Source: the human T2T-CHM13v2.0 reference genome, Homo sapiens
Length of the DNA: 64,000 nucleotides
Direction: 5' to 3' (one strand)
Assembly: GCF_009914755.1 (NCBI RefSeq)
Contig: NC_060932.1
The notes beneath the pieces were generated by a model. The model was not told the DNA's origin. It worked only from the letters and a program-made list of their open reading frames with translations, and did not search any database. The first letter of the stretch is position 1, and each line of letters begins with the position of its first letter. The translations under genes were made by a program, and so were the position numbers. Shown here piece after piece: positions 56,561-64,000 of the stretch.

Positions 56561-56845
56561 ATTTCATTTGCCCCACAGGCTGTATTGCCATGGAATAAAT
56601 TTCTAGAACGTTAAAAGATACACAAATATACACCCAAAAGAAAAACACAAAAGCTGAGCTGTCTTATTCATAGACTCATCCATGTCAAAGATGAATGGGA
56701 GCTGCCTTTATATAGATAAGAAAACCAGTTACCAGGGGTGACAAATTCTTGACCTTATGCTCTCTTTACCTTGCCAAGGGGGCCCATGGAGGTAAAGTAT
56801 TTCAAGTAGACATTTTATTTGCTGTCTGTATCATTCTTGCCCTTA

Positions 56846-58225
<1,380 letters not shown>

Positions 58226-58426
58226 ACAGGCCCAGTGTCAAAATAGTTTAAATTTTTAAAACAGAAGATAAACATTTATATTTTAAATTGTTGAAATCTG
58301 GTTTTAAATATTGGCAACTAATTCAAATTTTCTGAAACCGTCTGTGTGGCAGACATGCGTATTCACAGAAATGGCCCATGCCCACCATTGTGTACTCTCT
58401 GCTTAAAGCACTAAACAAAATTCCTA

Positions 58427-58742
<316 letters not shown>

Positions 58743-61230
58743 TTTTAAGAGACTACTGACATATATTTGGAAACATTTTGCCTACATCTTAAAATAACAA
58801 TCTTAAAAGTGTTTCACTGTCTTTGATAAGAGACTTGAAACCCACCAATCGTAGATAAGGGATCTTTCTACATAACTCTATCATGCCCACAAGAGAAAAT
58901 CGAATATCTCCTACTTTGAAATTTCCCTTTTCCCATTTCTATCTTGGCCAAATTACAGTCCGATAAAGAATATAGTGAGTTTCATTTCTTGTTGAACTTG
59001 ACTGAGAACTAGAAATGTAAGATGACGATGGAAGTACTGACTTAATGCCCCAAAGGAAAGAAAAACAAAAAGAATCCCACAAATTGAATAAGAAGTCACT
59101 GATATAAACAGTCCCAAATCCAGATTAGTAGTTCTCAAATGCTAGTGATAGAATCACCTTCTGACTCAGAAGAACTAGGAGATGTCCCAAGAACCTTCAT
59201 TTTCAATTAATTACTCTAGAAGTTTCTGATATAGGTGGGCCATGTACTGCATTGCTGGTATTCAATTACATCAACAGGCTTTTGACAGACAGAAAAATGG
59301 GCACAGCTATAGTCAGGATGGTGCCTCCTTTGAGGAGTTGGTGGTGGAGGTGGTAGCATTGCAGTCAAGATAAGAATGTATATGGTGGACCCTATTTCCC
59401 TGACCCAGTGTGGAAAAAGTGCTAGGAGTAGGAAATAGGGTTCTAGCTCTAATTTAGTATTGGCCAACTAAGTGAGCTCACAGAAGTCATTTCCCCTCTC
59501 AAGACCTCAGTTTCCTCATCTGTAAGATGAGAAGGGTTGGCCTGGGCTCCAACAATGGCAAGTGCAATTCCCCACATCCCATGCAGGAGGCAGGTCCTGC
59601 TCACCCCGTGCACCAATCTTTCCCCAGTTCTCCTCTACTCAGCCACTTCCAACAGAGTGGAGTTAGCAAATTGGTTATAACCAATTTTCCAGCCTTGATG
59701 GAGGATCTCAGGGATCTCTTTCTCTTCCTGCTTGTGTGGCTACATGATAGTTTTGGAGAGAAAATCTGGTGGAAAAAATAATAAAAGGTAGTTTTGGAGG
59801 GGGGGAATCGTTTTGGGGACAGATGCTAACCAGAAATGCAACATGCAAAAATTGACAGGGGAGTAGTATCAAACAGCCTGCAAGCCAGTCCCAGCCCTAT
59901 TTCGGTTAACATGGTGATGAAGATCTTTGTGGTTTCCTCTAGAGTATCCCAGCAGTCACATCTCAGGACAATCAACAGGAGGGGCTGGGTTGGGATTAGG
60001 GTGAGCAAATTTGTGATCTTGTACATACATAAACTTAAGAGTAAGTGCCTTTTTACATTTTGTGCCAAGCACTTTGCTTGCCTTACCTCATCCTGGCCCT
60101 GAAGAGGTGTATTAGAACAATAGAGTTGCAAGCTCACTGAAGTTTCCATCTCTACCACAGACCCCTTGGGCCAAGGAGTGTATTGTGTAGAGGGGGAAAT
60201 GCAAACAGATCAGGCCGGACTAGGTCAGGACTTCCATGGATTTGATTTACTGAGGGGCACTCAATATAATGGACACAAGCTTTGGATCTGCATTGGGTTA
60301 GCTGTGCAACTTCCGTTAAGTTACTTAACCTCTAAGTTTCAGCTATCTGATTTGTGAAGTGGGAATAAGAATATCTTCTTGGCAGGGATGTTGTAAAGAC
60401 TGAGAATGTGCATATATATATGGCACATAGTACATGGTCATTACATGGAAATTCCTTCCTGACTTCCAGCTTCCATTCTGCCTCTAGTGACTGCCAGGAA
60501 ATGAAGCAAGCGAGGGACAGCAAACTTCAATCCAAACATGGATGTGGAAATCCATGCCCTTGTGCAGAGGAAGCCCTGTAGGTCTTTACATTCATTGTTG
60601 ACTTTCTGACTCACTGTTGCATTCTGTTTTAACTCCCCCTATCCTGCTCAGGTTGAACTAATGTGGGAAGGTTGACAGTACAATGCTGGGACCTTGTCCA
60701 CTAGGAAACATCTCCCAGGGCTGCTCTGAGGTCACAGTTCCAGGGAAAAATACCACAAAGGCTTGTGTCGTAGGCCAACTTCGTAAGAATTACAGCTACC
60801 TTCTCCTTATGTGATTAGTATATGCTTAGCCCAGTGCTGAGCACTTTATAAACTTTATCAAAGTCAGCCCTTGCAACATTGTAAGAGGTAGATATAACTA
60901 TTCCCAGTTTAAAGATGAGGAAATAGAGGCTAACATGGCTAGTAAACTGCAGAAGTGGGATATGAACTGGGTTTGTTCCTGAGCTCTTAACCATTGTTTC
61001 CTATTGATCATTCATCACTCTGGAAATGGAAACAACAGAAGAAGAGTTCCCAGCTCTCATGTAGAATAGCACTAGCATGTGATAAAGAATAGGATAACAC
61101 ACCATGTCATAGCTCGACTAGACAGTAAAGTCCTTGAGGGCAGGGACTTGTTTTATTCTCTTTGGTATCTCCATTTTTTAGTGGAATGAAAGGCTCTCAG
61201 CAGGAGCTCAATCACTGGGTCTTGGATGTA

Positions 61231-61829
61231 CGGTCACATGCCACATAATGACATTTTAGTAAAAAATGAATCAATATACAATGGTGGTCCCATAAGATTA
61301 TGATGGAGCTGAAATATTCTTATCACCTAGTAACATCATCACCATTGTAACATTACAGTACTATTATTATATTTTTATATATTTAGTGTAGTTTAAGTGT
61401 GCAGTGTTTATAAAGTGTACAGCAGTGTTCAATAATGTCTTAGGTCTTCACATTCACTCACCACTCACTGACTCGCTGACTCACCCAGAGCAACCTCCAG
61501 TCTTGCAGGTTTCATTCACGGTAAATGCCCTATACGAGGGTACCATTTTTTATTTTTTATCCTGCATTTATACTCTATCTTTTCTAGGTTTAAACATATT
61601 TTGATATACAAATACTAACTATTGTGTTAAAATTACCTATAGTATTCAGTACAGTGACATGCTGTACAGGTTTGCAGCCTATAGCAATAGATTATACCAC
61701 ATATCCTAGGGTTGTAATAGGCTATACCATCTAGGTTACTGTAAGCACACACTGCGATGCTCACACAATGAAATTATCTAATGATGCATATCCCAGAACA
61801 TATTCCTGTCACTAAGCAATGCATGACTG
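61231..61829. mobile_element. Tigger3-family (Tigger3c-like) DNA element
   Basis: Ends cggtcacatgccacataatgac / gtcactaagcaatgcatgactg, TA target duplications, ~600 bp. Confidence 0.82.
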
Positions 61830-63044
61830 TATAAGCAATAAAGTGATACGCGCTAAGGTATATGGTAGAGACAGAGATACTGATGAGAATGCACAGGTCT
61901 GGAAAGGTTAGTAGTGGTACAATGAGGAGGGCCAATTTCTCAGAGGACAGAGTGGAACCTGAGCTGGGATTTGGAGAGGTCAAAAAGGACAAAGATATAG
62001 AAGAAAGACATAAATGAAGGCATGATGCAGCATAAGCGTGGGGTGTAGACAGTGAGGAAGACAAACTGCTTAGAGAATTATCTGTCCAACTAGCCAATGG
62101 GGCAAGGAGCCAGTTAAACCAACTAGTCCCTGGTGGCTTGTTGGAGTAAGATTGTATTAACTGGCAACAGGTCAAGAGCAGTGAAAACAAGGTCAAAGGA
62201 CAGGGTAGGTTAGTCTAGGCATACAAAGTAGGGGAGTAAAGTGGAGCCGGCTGGACTGCAGGAGACACAGTTCCCCACCCATGGTAGAGGATATGCAAAT
62301 ATAACTTTTGGCATCTGGAAAACACATAAAAGGAAGACAAGTCAGCCATGAAGAATGTGGAGGAGGAGGAGTACCAGGAAAGGTGCTGAAAGAACAGATG
62401 CTGGGGCTAACCACCGTCTCCATTTGGCTTGTCCTGCACCGCAGCAGCCTACTTGCTCTCTGGAGACCCTTGGTGCATCTGTTTATTCTGTAAAATGAAC
62501 TCAGGGAAATCATAATTATCGAGGGATGTCACAGGCTCCGGCATGAGGCCCCAAAAGCCATATAATCCCTTTAGTAGGGTTTTCTGATTAGATGTAGTAA
62601 ACAAACTTTATAAAACTATATAAATTATATATGTAATTTTATTATAATTTCATACACATGGTAATATAGATTTATACAAATAATTTTAATATGGGCTAAA
62701 GAGCTAAATCTAAAAATGGAAGAACATAAAGGATGGTTATGTCTTGAGGCTACTGTTTCCAGGCTTATCCTTCCCAACTGAATATTCCAGAAAGGTGGTA
62801 GAAATGTACTAGTCAGTTTTGCTCTCTCAATATATATTCAATCTATGTGTCCCAGGCAGGAAGAAAGTGCTATTCCACATGAGCCTTCGGAACCCTAACA
62901 TTTTTCACCAAAAGCCCAGAATAATTATGTGGGCTAATGTCTGCCTCTAACTTGTGGGATTGAACAGCTCCTCAGGGCTGCATGCTGTAGAACAAATGAC
63001 CCATGAGATGTTAAACGGCATTGAGAGGGAAATAATTTTCTGGA

Positions 63045-63918
63045 TGTGACAGGGGGTCTCTAAGAGCAACCCCAGGTTCTGCGATTCACTAGGAGAACTC
63101 ACAGGACTCAGCATATAGTTGTATTCATGGCTAAGATTTACTATAGCAAAAGGATACAAAGCAAAATCAACAAAGGGAAAAGGCACCTGGGACAGAGTCC
63201 AGAGAAAATCAGGCATGAGCCAACAAGAGTCCTTCCTTTAGTAGAGTCATACAGGATGTGTTGAATTCCTCTAACAAGGAGTTGTGACAACACATGTGAA
63301 ATGTCTATGAGGCAAGCTCATCAGAGACTCAGTGGCCAAGGTGGCTGTTGTTGTCAAAGACAGGGTCTTGCTCTGCTGCTCAGGCTAGAGTACAGTGGTG
63401 CAGTTACAGCTCACTGCAGCCCCGAATTCCCGGACTCATGGGATTCCTCCTGCCTTAGTACCCCTTTACCCCCATGGCCCACCTTGAATAGCTGGGACTA
63501 CAAGCACGTGCCACCATGCCTGGTTAATTTTCTAAAACTACTTTGTAGAGACAGGGTCTCGCTGTGTAGCTCAGACTGGTCTTGAACTCCTGGGCTCAAG
63601 TGATCTTCCTGCCTTGGCCTACCAAAGTGCTGGAATTACAGGCATGAGCCACTGGGCCCAGTCTCAGTGTCCAAGGTTTTTAGTGGGGATCCTTCCTAGC
63701 ATGTGCCAAAATTCTAGGCTCCCAGAAGGAAAGCAGGTGTTCAGCATAAATGACACTGTTTATACAAACAGTTCAGGCACAGTGAACCATTCTGGTTAGG
63801 GAGTGTGGGAACCCTCCCAAAACCCAAGTTTTCTAGACACCAGCAGGGGCCAACCTTGCAATCACAACCTTCTAAGGAAAACAATCTAAGGCCTGCTATG
63901 TTAACTGCTTTCTCCACA
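63045..63918. mobile_element. MER21-type LTR split by an AluJ
   Basis: gattcactaggagaactcacaggactcagcatatagttgtattcatggctaagattta MER21 motif. Confidence 0.75.
63358..63663 (-). mobile_element. AluJ SINE lacking its poly-A tail
   Basis: agacagggtcttgctctg...caaagtgctggaattacaggcatgagccac. Confidence 0.88.
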
Positions 63919-64000
63919 ATGGTCTCAAATATGTGTAAAATGTGGGGAAAGGTGGGAAAAGTCTGGATACTACAGCTTTTTGAAGATTAATAATGCATAT

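Overview
Primate (hominid, most likely human) non-coding DNA: AT-rich, CpG-depleted, and a patchwork of Alu (J/S/Y), L1 (L1PA2 to L1ME), MIR, L2, MaLR/ERV LTRs and hAT/Tigger/mariner DNA transposon fossils. I recognise no protein-coding exon, RNA gene or CpG island, and I cannot name the locus. Most ORFs in the track are Alu-, L1- or microsatellite-derived or chance. Structures not explained by the repeats: (1) a ~310-bp inverted duplication of mostly non-repeat sequence (14600-14915 / 17193-17504) with long perfect blocks; (2) a 41-bp near-perfect hairpin at 8199-8301 whose loop was enlarged by a 14-bp duplication; (3) a MIR fragment apparently copied from 2 kb upstream into the 3' end of an Alu; (4) a twin-primed, 5'-inverted L1; (5) a recent 92-bp tandem duplication; (6) several plus-strand candidate exons, one carrying a small hydrophobic ORF. 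Repeat subfamily calls are from memory of consensus sequences, and boundaries of old repeats are approximate.
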